A DNA stretch of 64,000 nucleotides from an uncultured Gemmatimonadaceae bacterium (GTDB lineage Bacteria > Gemmatimonadota > Gemmatimonadetes > Gemmatimonadales > Gemmatimonadaceae): positions 160,001 to 224,000 of the forward strand of contig CAVXGK010000001.1 of the NCBI GenBank assembly GCA_963761305.1, written 5' to 3'. Under the pieces are notes generated by a model. It was not told where the DNA came from, did no database searches, and saw nothing but the letters and a program-made list of their open reading frames with translations. How positions within the stretch are numbered: position 1 is the stretch's first letter; every line of letters starts with the position of its first letter. Shown here piece by piece: positions 1-11,143 of the stretch. Made by a program: the position numbers and the translations under genes.

Positions 1-12
1 ACGCCGTTCCTC

Positions 13-510
13 GTGTTGAATCCGGCCGACTCCGCGGCGGCCGCCGCGTGGAGCGTCGAATTGATATCTGCAAATACGCAATCCGGCGCTATTTTAAAGC
101 TGCAACAAGACGGCAAGAATGTCCCCACGGAAACCTTCTCGCCGGCGAAGGTGCAGGGTGCGACCTGGTACAAGGTGATCAGCGGCGCGTACGACGGGCG
201 GACGACAGCCGATTCGCTCCTTCGCGCACTGCGGCAACGCAAGGTCCTTGACCGGTCGAGCGGCACCGTCGTGCGACTGCCGTTTGCGTTCTTGATCGAT
301 TCGGGTTTACCACCGGCCGCCGTTCCTGGAATGGTCTCGATGTGGGGGTTCAGGGGGCAGCCGGCGTACGCGCTCAAACAGGAAAACGGCTCGGCGTGGC
401 TGCTGGTGGGCGCGTACGAGTCGGTGAGCCAGTCCGCGTTGGCCGTGTCCTCACTTCGCGCGTCGGGAATCAAGCCGCTCCTCGTCTACCGAAAAGGGAG
501 ATCCTTCTAG
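13..510 (+). CDS. SPOR-like domain protein, C-terminal part (gene probably starts upstream of the window)
   Basis: Two SPOR-like segments (WYKVISGAY..., WLLVGAYES...); its TAG overlaps the smc GTG. Confidence 0.6.
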   Translation: MLNPADSAAAAAWSVELISANTQSGAILKLQQDGKNVPTETFSPAKVQGATWYKVISGAYDGRTTADSLLRALRQRKVLDRSSGTVVRLPFAFLIDSGLPPAAVPGMVSMWGFRGQPAYALKQENGSAWLLVGAYESVSQSALAVSSLRASGIKPLLVYRKGRSF

Positions 511-3500
511 TGCGACTCACCAAACTCGAGTTGCAGGGCTTCAAGTCGTTCGCCGACACGACCGAGATGCAGTTCGATACCGGTGTGACGGCGATCGTCG
601 GGCCGAACGGGTGCGGCAAGTCGAACGTGTCGGACGCGGTACGGTGGGTGCTCGGTGAACAGCGCGCGCGATTGCTGCGCGGCGCGAAGATGGAAGAAGT
701 CATCTTTCAGGGATCGACGGCGCGGCGCGCGGTCAACGTCGCCGAGGTCTCGCTCCACTTCTCGAACGAGGACGGCACGCTGCCGGTCGCGTTCCAGGAA
801 GTGGTGATCACGCGGCGCCTCTCGCGATCGGGCGAGAGTGACTACTTCCTCAATCGCACCCCCTGCCGTCTTCGCGACATCTCGGATCTGCTGCGCGGCA
901 CGGGCCTGGGCGCCGACACCGGCGTCGTCATCGAGAGCAAGATGATCGACGCGCTCTTGTCCGATCGCCCGGACGATCGCCGCGAGCTGTTCGAAGAAGC
1001 GGCGGGCGTCGGGCTCTATCGCGACCGCCGCCGGACCGCCGAGCGCCGGCTCGAGGAGACGACCGTCGACCTGCAGCGGCTCGACGACTTGATCAACGAA
1101 GTCCAGAGCCAGGTCCGTTCGCTCGCCCGCCAACGACGCCGCGCCGAGCGGCACTCGGAGCTGAACGCCCGCCGTTTCACGGTGGAGCTGGCGTTGGCCA
1201 AACGCGAAATGGAAGCGTGGCACGACGAGTTGGCGCGCCTGAGTGAGAGCGTCCAGTCGCTGCGCGCGGGCGCACCCGACGCCGACGCCGCCGTCGAGGC
1301 GGCGGAACAAGCGCGCGACGCGGCGCACGGCAATCGTTCCGCGACCGAGGCGCAGCGCACCGAGCTGCTCCGCCTCGTGTCCAGCCAGCGCGAGCAGGTC
1401 CTCCAGATTCGCGCCGAGATGAAGGTCGCCGAAGAACGGCAGCGCAATTCTCTGGCGCGTCGCCAGCGCGCCGAGACGGAGGCGACCGAAGGCGCCGTGC
1501 ACGGCACTCGGCTCACGTCCGACATCGAGTCGGCGGCGTCGGAGCGCACGCGTCACGAGGAAGTGCTCACCGCCGCGCGCCAAACGCTGTCCGAGCGCCA
1601 ACAGCGCGAGGACGAAGCGCGGCAGTTGGTCGCCCGCAGCCGCGCGACGCTCGAGGACGTCGAGCGCGCGCACCGCGAGCTGCAGGATCGCTCGCGACGT
1701 GTGGACATCGACCGCGAACGCGCGCGGCAGGAAAGCGAAGAGCTCGTGCAGCGCCTCGAGCAATTGTCGGAGGAGCGCTCGCAGCTCGCCGACACGCTGT
1801 CCGGCGTGGCCCGTGAGATCGAAGACGCGTCGGTGGTGCTCGAGGGCGCGCGACGCAACGCCGCCGATGCGGTGACGACGCTGGAGGGCGCGCGCGCCAA
1901 CGATCGCGACGCCCGCCAGCGCGAAGGCGAGGCCCGCGCGGACTTGTTCCGCGCCGACGAGACGCACACGTCCATCCAGGGACGCGTCAACGCGCTCGAC
2001 TCGCTCGAGCGCGAGCGCGTGGGACTGGCGCCGGCGACGGCCCGTCTCCTCCGCGAACGCGAGCGATTCGGCGAAGCGGCGGTGCTCGGCCCGCTGAGCG
2101 ATTTCATCAACGCCGACGAGCCGTCCGCGCTACTGGTCGAGCGCTTCCTCGGCGCCACGGTGCACGCGGTCGTCGTGCGCGACATGGCCGTCGCCGAAGC
2201 CGTGCGCGCGTGGCACGCCACGGCGAACCCGGGTCCGTTGCTCCTCCTTCCGCTCGACGCGATCCCCGACGCGCTCGTCGCCGACGAGCGGCCCGACGCG
2301 CTCTCGCATCGCGTCGATTCCTCGGGTCCCGTGCGCGCGTGGGTGCGCGGACTGCTGGGCCACGCGAGGCCGGTCGACGACGGGGCCGCATTCATCGACA
2401 TGCGCGGAGCCGTGTGGCTCCCCGGATTGGTCGGCGGTCCGGGACCGCTGCGACGCCGCGCCGAGCTCTTCGCGCTGCGCGCCGAGCTCACCGTCACGGA
2501 GAAGGCTCGCGCCGCCGCGATTGTCGCCGCCGACGCGACGCGCGCCGCCGCGCAGGAGTCGGAGAAGGCCGCGATCGAAGCGTCGGCCGCGCTCGAAGCG
2601 GCACAGGTGGAGGCGCGTCGCGCCGCCGAACATCACGGAGAGCTCGAGCGTCGCCGTCAGCGAATCGAACGCGAAGTCGGCGACGCCGACGCGCTGGCGA
2701 TTCGCCTCACGCAGCGACGCGACCAGCTCACCGATCAAGCAGCGCGCTTGGACGCCGAGGCGCTCGCCGTGTCGCGCACGGTGCTCGAGTCGGGCGAGTC
2801 GGGGACGCGGGCGCGCGACGCGCTCGCCGCCGCCGAACACGCGTACGAAGAGAGCCGCGAAGCGCGCACCGCGGCGCAGATCGACGTCGGTCAATGCCAG
2901 GCGCGGCTTCAGGTCGCGCACGACCGAGAACACCGGCTCACGGAAGAACAGCGCACGGCGGCCAGTCGTCTCGCCGCGTTGCGCGCCGAGCTGTCCGAGC
3001 TGGCGCAGTCCGACGCCCATCTCGCCGAACAAATGGCGACGTGGCAGCTCGACCTCGAGACGCGCGACGCGACCCTCGCCGACGGCGAGCGGCGGCTGGT
3101 GCTGGCCGAAGACGGCGTGCACGCGGCCGACGAGGCGCTCACGACGGCGGAACACGCCCTCGACGACGCTCGCCGGCGCGCGCAGACGCACCACGACGAG
3201 ATGCATCAGGCCGAGCTGCGGCACACGGAGCTCGGCGGCCGTCGGACGGCGATTCGCGAGCGGCTCGAGGCCGAGTGGCGTCGTCCGCTCGACGACATGC
3301 TGAACGAGGTCCAACCGCTGGAGACCGACGACGAGACGCTCCGCGCCGAAGCCGAGTCGCTGCGGCAGGAGATCGAGAAGCTGGGACCGGTCAACGTGCT
3401 GGCGATCGAAGAGCATGACGAAACGGTCAAGCGGCAGGACTTCCTCACCAGCCAGCGCACCGATCTCTCCGACGCGAAGGCGGCGCTGCAACAGGCCATT

Positions 3501-4043
3501 CGCGAGATCGACGTGACCGCGCGCGATCTGTTCCTCACCACGTTCGCCGCGGTGCGCGACAACTTCCGGCAGATCTTCATGTCGCTGTTCGGCGGCGGCG
3601 AGTGCGATCTGCGTCTCGAGAATCCGGACGCGCCGCTCGACTGCGACATCGAAATCCACGCGTCGCCGCGCGGCAAGCGCACGCAGCGCATCCACCTGCT
3701 GTCGAGCGGCGAGCGCGCGCTCGTCGCGCTGTCGCTGCTCTTCGGCATCTTCCTCACCAAGCCGAGTCCGTTCTGTCTCCTCGACGAAGTGGACGCGCCG
3801 CTCGACGACGCCAACGTCGGGCGGTTCGTGAAGATGCTCACGCAGTTCAAGTCGCGCACGCAGTTCATCGTCATCACGCACAACCCGCGCACCACGACCG
3901 AAGCCGCCGACGCCGTGTATGGCGTGACGATGCAGGAACCGGGCGTCTCGTCGCTGGTCAGCGTCCGCATGCGCGGCGCGACGTCGGTCGACGAAGTCCT
4001 GGCCCCGCGACCCGCCGACGGCGCCGTGGCCGCGCAGGTGTGA
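510..4043 (+). CDS. smc: Chromosome segregation protein SMC
   Basis: GTG start (RLTKLELQGFKSFAD), Walker A GPNGCGKSN, long coiled coils, signature LSSGE, Walker B LLDEVDAPLD. Confidence 0.97.
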   Translation: MRLTKLELQGFKSFADTTEMQFDTGVTAIVGPNGCGKSNVSDAVRWVLGEQRARLLRGAKMEEVIFQGSTARRAVNVAEVSLHFSNEDGTLPVAFQEVVITRRLSRSGESDYFLNRTPCRLRDISDLLRGTGLGADTGVVIESKMIDALLSDRPDDRRELFEEAAGVGLYRDRRRTAERRLEETTVDLQRLDDLINEVQSQVRSLARQRRRAERHSELNARRFTVELALAKREMEAWHDELARLSESVQSLRAGAPDADAAVEAAEQARDAAHGNRSATEAQRTELLRLVSSQREQVLQIRAEMKVAEERQRNSLARRQRAETEATEGAVHGTRLTSDIESAASERTRHEEVLTAARQTLSERQQREDEARQLVARSRATLEDVERAHRELQDRSRRVDIDRERARQESEELVQRLEQLSEERSQLADTLSGVAREIEDASVVLEGARRNAADAVTTLEGARANDRDARQREGEARADLFRADETHTSIQGRVNALDSLERERVGLAPATARLLRERERFGEAAVLGPLSDFINADEPSALLVERFLGATVHAVVVRDMAVAEAVRAWHATANPGPLLLLPLDAIPDALVADERPDALSHRVDSSGPVRAWVRGLLGHARPVDDGAAFIDMRGAVWLPGLVGGPGPLRRRAELFALRAELTVTEKARAAAIVAADATRAAAQESEKAAIEASAALEAAQVEARRAAEHHGELERRRQRIEREVGDADALAIRLTQRRDQLTDQAARLDAEALAVSRTVLESGESGTRARDALAAAEHAYEESREARTAAQIDVGQCQARLQVAHDREHRLTEEQRTAASRLAALRAELSELAQSDAHLAEQMATWQLDLETRDATLADGERRLVLAEDGVHAADEALTTAEHALDDARRRAQTHHDEMHQAELRHTELGGRRTAIRERLEAEWRRPLDDMLNEVQPLETDDETLRAEAESLRQEIEKLGPVNVLAIEEHDETVKRQDFLTSQRTDLSDAKAALQQAIREIDVTARDLFLTTFAAVRDNFRQIFMSLFGGGECDLRLENPDAPLDCDIEIHASPRGKRTQRIHLLSSGERALVALSLLFGIFLTKPSPFCLLDEVDAPLDDANVGRFVKMLTQFKSRTQFIVITHNPRTTTEAADAVYGVTMQEPGVSSLVSVRMRGATSVDEVLAPRPADGAVAAQV

Positions 4044-4067
4044 CCGACTGCGCGTGATGGACGCGGC

Positions 4068-5096
4068 ATGATGGCACGGCGCCGCTACGCGGCGTTCGCG
4101 CTGGTCGTCGGATTGATGGCGGGCGTGACGAGTCGCGGCATTGCGCAAGCGGTGTCGGTGTCGATCGCCGTCTTCAACGACAGCATCTCGCCGGCACCGC
4201 AGATCCTCGTGCAGGGCACGCCCGGCCCGCCGTCGCTCGGACCCTACAGTATCACGCTCGAGGTCGCGCTCGAGCCGCTGTTCCGTGCGCCGATCGCCGT
4301 CCGCTCGTCGTCGGACCTCAGCGCGTCGTTTCAGGTCGACTCACTGTTGCCCGAGCACGCCATCGTCTTCTTCCGCGGGCGCATCTTCGACCGGCTCGGC
4401 AACGTCCAGCAGCAGGTCGTTTCGTTTCCCGTCCGCAGTTGGCTCAGGCTGATCAGTCCGACGCGGAGCGTGAACGACGTGCTCTTCACGCGCCAACCCA
4501 CCTTCTCGTGGAGCAGCCCGCCGGTCACGCTGCCGCCGGGACCGTGGACCTACCTGATCACCATCACCAACACGGCCAACCTCGAGGCCAGACAATTCAC
4601 GGTGAACGACACGACGTTCGTGCCCCCGACGCCGCTCGAGGCGTGCACGTCGTACCGCTGGAGCGTGCACGCGCAGATGGTGAACGGCCCCGCCGCGGAC
4701 CAGACGACGGCCGGCAGCCCCGGGACGTTCGTCATCCAGACGTCGGAGTGTCCGACGGCGACATTCTTCTATCAGAATTTTCCAAATCCGTTCGGCCACG
4801 GCCTTCAGGCGAACACGTGTTTCTGGTTCGACCTTGCGCATCGATCCAACGTGTCGCTCACCATCTACGACCTGCGCGGCCGGCGCGTGCGCGCGATCGT
4901 GCCCGGCCTCCTGCCGGCGCAGCTCGATTCCGGAGCGTACGGGCGGCAGAGCGGCACCGAAGGGGGATGCGACACCCGCCTCCAATGGGACGCCCGCGAT
5001 GCGAACGGCCGGCCCGTGCCGCCGGGCGCGTACATCGCCGTCTTCACGGCCGACGGCCTCCGGTCGACGATCAAGATTCTGTACCGGGGCCAGTGA
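4068..5096 (+). CDS. Secreted Ig/FN3-like protein with C-terminal FlgD-Ig / T9SS-CTD-like domain
   Basis: Signal peptide; C-terminus YQNFPNPF...VSLTIYDLRGRRVR...WDARDANGRPVPPGAYI. Confidence 0.7.
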   Translation: MMARRRYAAFALVVGLMAGVTSRGIAQAVSVSIAVFNDSISPAPQILVQGTPGPPSLGPYSITLEVALEPLFRAPIAVRSSSDLSASFQVDSLLPEHAIVFFRGRIFDRLGNVQQQVVSFPVRSWLRLISPTRSVNDVLFTRQPTFSWSSPPVTLPPGPWTYLITITNTANLEARQFTVNDTTFVPPTPLEACTSYRWSVHAQMVNGPAADQTTAGSPGTFVIQTSECPTATFFYQNFPNPFGHGLQANTCFWFDLAHRSNVSLTIYDLRGRRVRAIVPGLLPAQLDSGAYGRQSGTEGGCDTRLQWDARDANGRPVPPGAYIAVFTADGLRSTIKILYRGQ

Positions 5097-5097
5097 G

Positions 5098-5865
5098 GTG
5101 CGATTCACCACGCTCGGCACCGGAACCATCTCGCTGTCGCCGGCGCGCAGTTGCGCGGGTTATCTGCTCGAGACGCCCGACGTGCGGCTCCTCGTCGACT
5201 GCGGGTCCGGAATCACTCGGCGACTCGCCGAGCTCGGTGCGTCGTGGCAGACGATCACGCACGTCGCGATCACGCACTTTCACATCGACCATCACGGCGA
5301 CCTGCCGTCGCTGATCTTCGCCTGGAAGTACGGCTTTCTGCCGCCGCGCTCCGCGCCGGTGGACATCATCGGACCGGTGGGAACGGCCGACCTGTTCGCG
5401 CGGCTCGCCGCGGCGTACGGCGACTGGGTGACGGCGCCGGGCTTCCCGCTCACCATTCGAGAGATCGGCGCGGCGGACACGTTCTCGCTCCCCGGCGGCC
5501 TGCGCCTGACGTGCCATCCCGTTCCGCACACGCCGGAGAGCGTGGCATATTCCATGGAGCGCGGGGGGCGGCGGATCGTCTACACGGGCGACACCGGACC
5601 GTCGGAAGCGCTTGGAGTGTGGGCCCGAGGGTGCGATCTGCTCGTCTGTGAATGCTCGTTGCCGACGGGCATGAACATCCCCGAGCATCTCACGCCGGAG
5701 CAATGCGGCGAGCTCGCCGCCGTGGCGGCGCCAAAGCACCTGGCGCTGACGCATTTTTACCCGCCCGTCGAGCAGGTCGACGTTCGCGCGCTCGTCGGCG
5801 CGCGCTTCGCCGGTCCGGTCACGCTCGCGCGCGACGGGTGGTACTTCGACTTCGAGGACGCGTAA
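5098..5865 (+). CDS. MBL-fold metallohydrolase, RNase Z/BN-like
   Basis: GTG start [18 protein letters not shown] motif, YTGDTG, LTHFYP. Confidence 0.9.
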   Translation: MRFTTLGTGTISLSPARSCAGYLLETPDVRLLVDCGSGITRRLAELGASWQTITHVAITHFHIDHHGDLPSLIFAWKYGFLPPRSAPVDIIGPVGTADLFARLAAAYGDWVTAPGFPLTIREIGAADTFSLPGGLRLTCHPVPHTPESVAYSMERGGRRIVYTGDTGPSEALGVWARGCDLLVCECSLPTGMNIPEHLTPEQCGELAAVAAPKHLALTHFYPPVEQVDVRALVGARFAGPVTLARDGWYFDFEDA

Positions 5866-6908
5866 TGCTGGTCGTGATGCAGAACCACGCGACGCAGGAT
5901 CAGATCGACCGCGTCGTCAAAACGATCGAGGAGATGGGCTATGCCGCTCGGCCGATGCCGGGCGAGACGCGCATCGCCATCGGACTCGTCGGCAACGACG
6001 GACGCGTCGACAGCTCGCGCGTCGAGGCGCTGCCGGGCGTCGCCGAGATCATTCACGTCAGCAAGCCCTACAAGCAGGTCTCGCGCGAATGGCGCGAGGA
6101 AAACACGCTCGTCACGATCGCGCCCGGCGTCACGTTCGGCGGCAACGACGTGCAGATCATCGCCGGGCCGTGCTCCGTCGAATCCGAGGAACAGATCATC
6201 GCCGCGGCGCATGCAGTGCGCGCGGCCGGCGCCACGGCGCTGCGAGGCGGCGCGTTCAAGCCGCGCAGCTCCCCGTATGCGTTTCAGGGACTCGGCAAAA
6301 AAGGCCTCGAGCTGCTCGCGCTCGCGCGCCGCGAGACCGGGTTGCCGGTCGTGACCGAAGCGCTCGACGAGGAGGGAGCGCACCTCGTGGCCGAGTACGG
6401 AGATTGCATTCAGATCGGTGCGCGGAACATGCAGAACTATTCCCTGCTCCGCGCCGTCGGGCGCATCAACAAACCCGTGCTGCTCAAGCGAGGCATGGCG
6501 GCGACGATCACCGAATTGCTCATGAGTGCTGAGTACATCCTGGCCGAAGGCAACGGTCAGGTGATTCTCTGCGAGCGCGGCATTCGGAGCTTCGATACGA
6601 TGACGCGAAATCTCTTCGACCTCACGGCCGTTCCGCTCGTCCAGCGGCTGTCGCATTTGCCGATGATCGCGGATCCCAGCCACGGAACCGGATTGCGCGA
6701 CAAGGTGATCCCCATGGCGCGCGCGGCGGTAGCGGCCGGTGCCGACGGTGTGATCGTCGAGGTGCATCCGACGCCCGATCGCGCGTTGTCCGACGGCGCG
6801 CAATCGCTGTATCCAGAGCAGTTTGCGCGTTTGGTGACCGAGCTCCGCGCCATCAGCGCGGCCATCGGCCGGGCGGTGGCGGGAACGCCCGTCACGGCGG
6901 ACGTGTAG
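5865..6908 (+). CDS. aroF: DAHP synthase (class I-beta, N-terminal regulatory domain)
   Basis: [42 protein letters not shown] overlap with upstream gene. Confidence 0.95.
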   Translation: MLVVMQNHATQDQIDRVVKTIEEMGYAARPMPGETRIAIGLVGNDGRVDSSRVEALPGVAEIIHVSKPYKQVSREWREENTLVTIAPGVTFGGNDVQIIAGPCSVESEEQIIAAAHAVRAAGATALRGGAFKPRSSPYAFQGLGKKGLELLALARRETGLPVVTEALDEEGAHLVAEYGDCIQIGARNMQNYSLLRAVGRINKPVLLKRGMAATITELLMSAEYILAEGNGQVILCERGIRSFDTMTRNLFDLTAVPLVQRLSHLPMIADPSHGTGLRDKVIPMARAAVAAGADGVIVEVHPTPDRALSDGAQSLYPEQFARLVTELRAISAAIGRAVAGTPVTADV

Positions 6909-6916
6909 GAATCTTC

Positions 6917-7585
6917 ATGCGAATCCCACTCGCCGCAGTAGTCGCCATCGCCCTCGCGGGCGTCACCAGCGCGGCGCGCGCGCAGTCGGTCGACGCAACG
7001 ATCGACCGAGCCGCGGCCGCGTGGTCCAAGATCAAGACCGTGCGCGGCACGTTCGAGCAAACGGTCGCGAACCAGCTCACCGGCTCGACGGCCACGTCGC
7101 GCGGTGAATACGCGCAAGACCGGCCGAATTTGTTGTCGATCCGATTCACGCAGCCGGCGTCCGACGCGATCGTCTCCGACGGCAAGATCGTGTGGGTGTA
7201 CCTCCCGAGCTCGGCGCCGGGACAGGTGATCAAGCGATCGGCGACGGATCGCAGTCAGACGCCGATCGATCTCACCGGCACGTTCCTCGACGCGCCGCGC
7301 ACGAAGTACGACATCAGCGCGGCGGCGGGAAAGACGGTGGACGGACACGCGGCGCACGGGCTGGCGCTCGTGCCGAAGACCGGCGTGAGCGCGCCGTTCA
7401 CCAAGGCGACCGTCTGGGTCGACGACGACGACGCGTACATTCGCGAATTCGACGTGACCGAATCGAGCGGTGTCTCGCGGCACGTGCATCTCACCACGAT
7501 CGCGCCGAACGTACAGCTGCCGAAGACGTTGTTCGAGTTTTCGGTGCCCGCCGGCGCGAAGGTCATCGACCAGACCAAGCCGTAG
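6917..7585 (+). CDS. lolA: Outer-membrane lipoprotein carrier LolA
   Basis: Signal peptide, [31 protein letters not shown]. Confidence 0.85.
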   Translation: MRIPLAAVVAIALAGVTSAARAQSVDATIDRAAAAWSKIKTVRGTFEQTVANQLTGSTATSRGEYAQDRPNLLSIRFTQPASDAIVSDGKIVWVYLPSSAPGQVIKRSATDRSQTPIDLTGTFLDAPRTKYDISAAAGKTVDGHAAHGLALVPKTGVSAPFTKATVWVDDDDAYIREFDVTESSGVSRHVHLTTIAPNVQLPKTLFEFSVPAGAKVIDQTKP

Positions 7586-7614
7586 AGCGGTGGACCCGTG
7601 GACCGCGCTAGCGG

Positions 7615-8277
7615 CTACGGCGTCGTCGTAAACTCGTCGGGCCACCGTTCGGCAAGCGCGCCGATCACGCGTGCGAACACCTCGCGCTCCGTTCCTCGAG
7701 CGTCGAGTGAGACGATCGGGCCGCACTCGGGGTGATGGCGCTGCCATGCGGCCGATGAGAATTCATCGAATGCTCGCGCGACTCGCTCGTGAAAAGCGAC
7801 GGCGGCGCGCTCCATCCGGTCGTGTCCGCCGCGATCCAGCGCGCGGGCGAGGCCGTCTTCCACGGGCAGCGTCAACAACAGCGTGAAATCGGGCACGAGC
7901 CCGCCGGTCGCAATCGCGTTCGCGGTACGTAGCTCGTCCTCGGGAATGCCGCGCCCACGCCCTTGATAGGCGTACGTCGAGAGAAAGAATCGATCGAGGA
8001 GCACGATCGAGCCGCAGTCGAGCGCCGGCTGAATCGCCCGCTCGACGAGCTCCGCGCGCGACGCCATGAACAGCAGCGCTTCCGCGCGCGGCGTGATGTC
8101 CGAGGCGGGGTCGAGCAGCACGCGACGGATCTCGTCGCCGACGCCCGTGCCGCCCGGCTCACGCATCGTGAGCATGTCGCGGCCGCGCGCGCCCAGCCAA
8201 TCGGCGAGACGCTTGAGTTGCGTGCTCTTGCCCGCGCCCTCCGCCCCCTCGAAAACGATGAGCAGGCCGCGCGGCAT
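7615..8277 (-). CDS. tmk: Thymidylate kinase
   Basis: [31 protein letters not shown]. Confidence 0.96.
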   Translation of the reverse strand: MPRGLLIVFEGAEGAGKSTQLKRLADWLGARGRDMLTMREPGGTGVGDEIRRVLLDPASDITPRAEALLFMASRAELVERAIQPALDCGSIVLLDRFFLSTYAYQGRGRGIPEDELRTANAIATGGLVPDFTLLLTLPVEDGLARALDRGGHDRMERAAVAFHERVARAFDEFSSAAWQRHHPECGPIVSLDARGTEREVFARVIGALAERWPDEFTTTP

Positions 8278-8281
8278 GGCG

Positions 8282-8635
8282 TCAGCTGAGCGTGATGATC
8301 GGGCTCGCCGCGCCCTTCTCGAGACCGTCCAGAATCCAATCGTTCACGCGCGCCATCGTCTTGTCGAAATTCTCCTGCGCGACGAGCAGACGCTGATACG
8401 TCTGGCGTCCCTGGATCTGGCCAAGCAGCGTGTCGAGCTCCTTCTCCATCGCCTCCGTCGGGCGCTCGCCGCGCGCCAGCATGCGCTGCGCGTCCACCCG
8501 CAGTTGCTCCATCTTCTGGAGCAGCACGACGGTGTCCTTGTCCTCGTTGAGCGCGTCGCCGGCGCGCTTCACTTCCTTATACTCGTTGCTCTGCCCGATC
8601 AACCGGCCGAGGTCCTTGGCTTTGTCTTCGATCAT
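8282..8635 (-). CDS. YlbF/YmcA-family helical regulator
   Basis: ATG at 8635 (MIEDKAKDLGRLIGQSNEYKEVK...), 117 aa helical protein typical of the family. Confidence 0.7.
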   Translation of the reverse strand: MIEDKAKDLGRLIGQSNEYKEVKRAGDALNEDKDTVVLLQKMEQLRVDAQRMLARGERPTEAMEKELDTLLGQIQGRQTYQRLLVAQENFDKTMARVNDWILDGLEKGAASPIITLS

Positions 8636-8664
8636 CGGTCCCTCGGAGGGGTGGGGGTCGGAGG

Positions 8665-9549
8665 TTAGTCGATTCGCCGCGCGAGCACGAATCGCTCGCG
8701 ACCGGCGAGATCCAGTTCTACTCGAACGTCGTGGAATCGCCGCTCGTTGGCGACGAGCTCGGCGGCGAGCGACGCGCGCCGCGCGTCGACTTCGACGGCG
8801 AACAAGCCATCCGGCTCGAGCACCGCCGCCGCCTGGCGCACAAGCCGCGCCGTGGTGGACAACCCGTCGGCGCCGCTGAACAATGCCGCCGCCGGTTCCC
8901 AGCTTCGTACGCTCGCCGGCAGCGACTCCGCGTCGCCGAGCGCGATGTAGGGCGGATTCGACACGACCACGCGGCAGCGCACGTCGAGCAACGGCGCGAG
9001 TAACGAGCCGTGCACAAGATCGATATGAGCGCGCAGTGACGCGCGGGCCGCGGCTACGTTCTTGCGCGCCACCGCGAGTGCGTCGAGCGAGATGTCGGTC
9101 CCGTAGACGCGCGAGAGACGCGACTCGGTGGCGAGCGCGAGCGCGATGCATCCGGAGCCGGTGCCCGCGTCGATCGCCACGCCGCCGCGCTCGTCGCCGA
9201 GCTCCTCGAGCACGAGATCCACGAGGTGTTCGGTCTCCGGACGCGGAATGAGCACGCGCTCGTCGACGTCCAGCGTGAGGTGCCTGAAGTTCGCCCGGCC
9301 GACGGCGTAGGCGAACGGTGCGCCCTGTGCGCGCCGTTCGACGGCGAGCTTGGCCCGGGCGCGAATCTCGTCGTTCACTTCGACGTGGCCGTTGGTGAGC
9401 GACCAGAACCGCGGCACGTCGAACAGCGCCGCGACGATTTCGCGCGATTCCGACACGGGCTCGGCGATCCCGCACTCGTCGAGGACTCGCGCGAGCTCGT
9501 CGGCGAGCCGCGCCACCGTGCGCGCCTTGGTGAGCCCGTCGGTGGTCAC
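8665..9549 (-). CDS. prmC: Release factor glutamine methyltransferase
   Basis: [24 protein letters not shown]; directly downstream of prfA. Confidence 0.95.
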   Translation of the reverse strand: MTTDGLTKARTVARLADELARVLDECGIAEPVSESREIVAALFDVPRFWSLTNGHVEVNDEIRARAKLAVERRAQGAPFAYAVGRANFRHLTLDVDERVLIPRPETEHLVDLVLEELGDERGGVAIDAGTGSGCIALALATESRLSRVYGTDISLDALAVARKNVAAARASLRAHIDLVHGSLLAPLLDVRCRVVVSNPPYIALGDAESLPASVRSWEPAAALFSGADGLSTTARLVRQAAAVLEPDGLFAVEVDARRASLAAELVANERRFHDVRVELDLAGRERFVLARRID

Positions 9550-10610
9550 GCGTGATTTCCGTCGCCGTCGCCGCCGAGCTGTTCTTCGACGTCGGCCAGC
9601 TTGAGTGCTTCGATCACCGGCGCGATCTCGCCGTCCATGAATCGCTGCAGATCGTGCGTCGTCCACCCGATGCGGTGGTCGGTCACGCGGCTCTGCGGAA
9701 AGTTGTACGTCCGAATCTTGGCCGAGCGGTCGCCGGTGCCGACTTGCGTGCGGCGCATGCGAGCGCGCTCGGCCTCCTGCTGCGCCACGCGCAGATCGAG
9801 CAACCGCGCGCGCAGCACTTCCATCGCCTTGAGCTTGTTCTGTAGCTGCGACTTTTGGTCCTGCTGGCTGACTACGAGGCCGCTCGGCAGATGGGTGATG
9901 CGGACCGCCGAGTCCGTCGTGTTCACGCTCTGGCCGCCGGGGCCGGACGCTCGGAAGACGTCGATGCGGATGTCCTTGTCTTCGATCTTGACGTCCACTT
10001 CCTCGGCTTCGGGCAGCACCGCGACGGTCGCCGCCGAGGTGTGAATGCGTCCCTGGTTTTCGGTCGCCGGAACGCGCTGCACGCGGTGCACGCCGGACTC
10101 CCGCCGCATCGAGCCGTAGGGCGAGTCCCCAGACACCTTGAATACGACTTCTTTGGTGCCGCCGAGCGTGCCGTCGGAGAGCGACATGACCTCGAGCTTC
10201 CAGCCGTGTCTCTCGCAGAAGCGCGTGTACATGCGATAGAGGTCGGCGGCGAAGAGCGCGGCCTCGTCGCCGCCCGTGCCGGCGCGGATTTCGACGATCG
10301 CGTTGCGGTCGTCGAGCGGGTCGCGCGGGAGGAGCTCGCGGGTGAGCGATGTCTCGAGGTCGGCGATGATCGGCTCGAGGCGCCCGATTTCCGCCCGCGC
10401 CTCGGCGGCGAGCTCGGGGTCGTCGAACGAAACGAGCTCGCGCGCCTGCGCGAGCTCGTTTTCGGCGCGTTCGAACCGCGCGCCCATCTCGACGATCGGT
10501 GTCAGCCGCCGATGTTCACGCCCCAGCTCGGCAAACTGGCTGGGGTTCAGCGCTCCCGGGTTGGCGAGCGCATTCTCGACCTCTTTCGCGCGGGCGAGAG
10601 CGGCCGCCAA
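9546..10610 (-). CDS. prfA: Peptide chain release factor 1 (start may be a few codons upstream)
   Basis: [17 protein letters not shown] (PxT), GGQ motif, [16 protein letters not shown]. Confidence 0.97.
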   Translation of the reverse strand: MAAALARAKEVENALANPGALNPSQFAELGREHRRLTPIVEMGARFERAENELAQARELVSFDDPELAAEARAEIGRLEPIIADLETSLTRELLPRDPLDDRNAIVEIRAGTGGDEAALFAADLYRMYTRFCERHGWKLEVMSLSDGTLGGTKEVVFKVSGDSPYGSMRRESGVHRVQRVPATENQGRIHTSAATVAVLPEAEEVDVKIEDKDIRIDVFRASGPGGQSVNTTDSAVRITHLPSGLVVSQQDQKSQLQNKLKAMEVLRARLLDLRVAQQEAERARMRRTQVGTGDRSAKIRTYNFPQSRVTDHRIGWTTHDLQRFMDGEIAPVIEALKLADVEEQLGGDGDGNHA

Positions 10611-10640
10611 CCGATCGCGGAGGGCCAGACGAACCGAGCC

Positions 10641-10847
10641 TCAGGTCGACTGTTTCGCGAACTTCTGTCGGAAGCGCTCGACGCGTCCGGCCGTGTCGAC
10701 GAGACGCTGCTTGCCCGTGAAAAACGGGTGGCACTGCGAGCAGACGTCGGTATGAATTTCGGCCTGCGTGGATCGCGTGAGAAACGTGTTGCCGCAGGCA
10801 CACTTGACGGTGGCCGTGGCGTATTCAGGATGGATATCGGATTTCAT
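10641..10847 (-). CDS. rpmE: 50S ribosomal protein L31, Zn-binding type
   Basis: MKSDIHPEY...CACGN...[12 protein letters not shown]. Confidence 0.97.
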   Translation of the reverse strand: MKSDIHPEYATATVKCACGNTFLTRSTQAEIHTDVCSQCHPFFTGKQRLVDTAGRVERFRQKFAKQST

Positions 10848-10990
10848 GATACGTCTCGTTCAGTGGAACCTCGATGGCGCCGAAGCGCGGAGCACGGACG
10901 TGCCCGGCAACCTTCGACCGCGAGCAGTTCCGGTATGTCGTAGCCTGATAAATATAAATAAACCAAGGCGTTGCGGGAACCGGCAAAGTA

Positions 10991-11087
10991 GCGCCCTTTG
11001 GCGTTGCGCCGTTGGGCGTCGCGCCGTTTGGGCGTCGCGCCGTTTGGGCGTCGCGCCCTTTGGCCGTCCCGCCGTTTGGCGGTTTGG
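10991..11087. repeat. Intergenic tandem repeat, ~16-bp unit GCGCCGTTTGGGCGTC (8-bp sub-period), ~5-6 degenerate copies
   Basis: Directly visible between the divergent rpmE and crp genes. Confidence 0.85.
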
Positions 11088-11143
11088 AAGTTCGCCCCAT
11101 CCGTACTAACTTCGCCAGAATACCCATTTCTTCCCACGCGAAC

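Noticed and set aside
507..4148. Long minus-strand ORFs opposite smc (also 36-60 kb equivalents such as 41037-43628, 48086-49915, 55458-57785)
   Set aside because: Arg/Ala-rich shadow ORFs typical of high-GC DNA, overlapping well-supported genes and lacking motifs.
8636..9475. N-terminal extension of the YlbF-like ORF
   Set aside because: Out-of-frame overlap with prmC, low-complexity translation.
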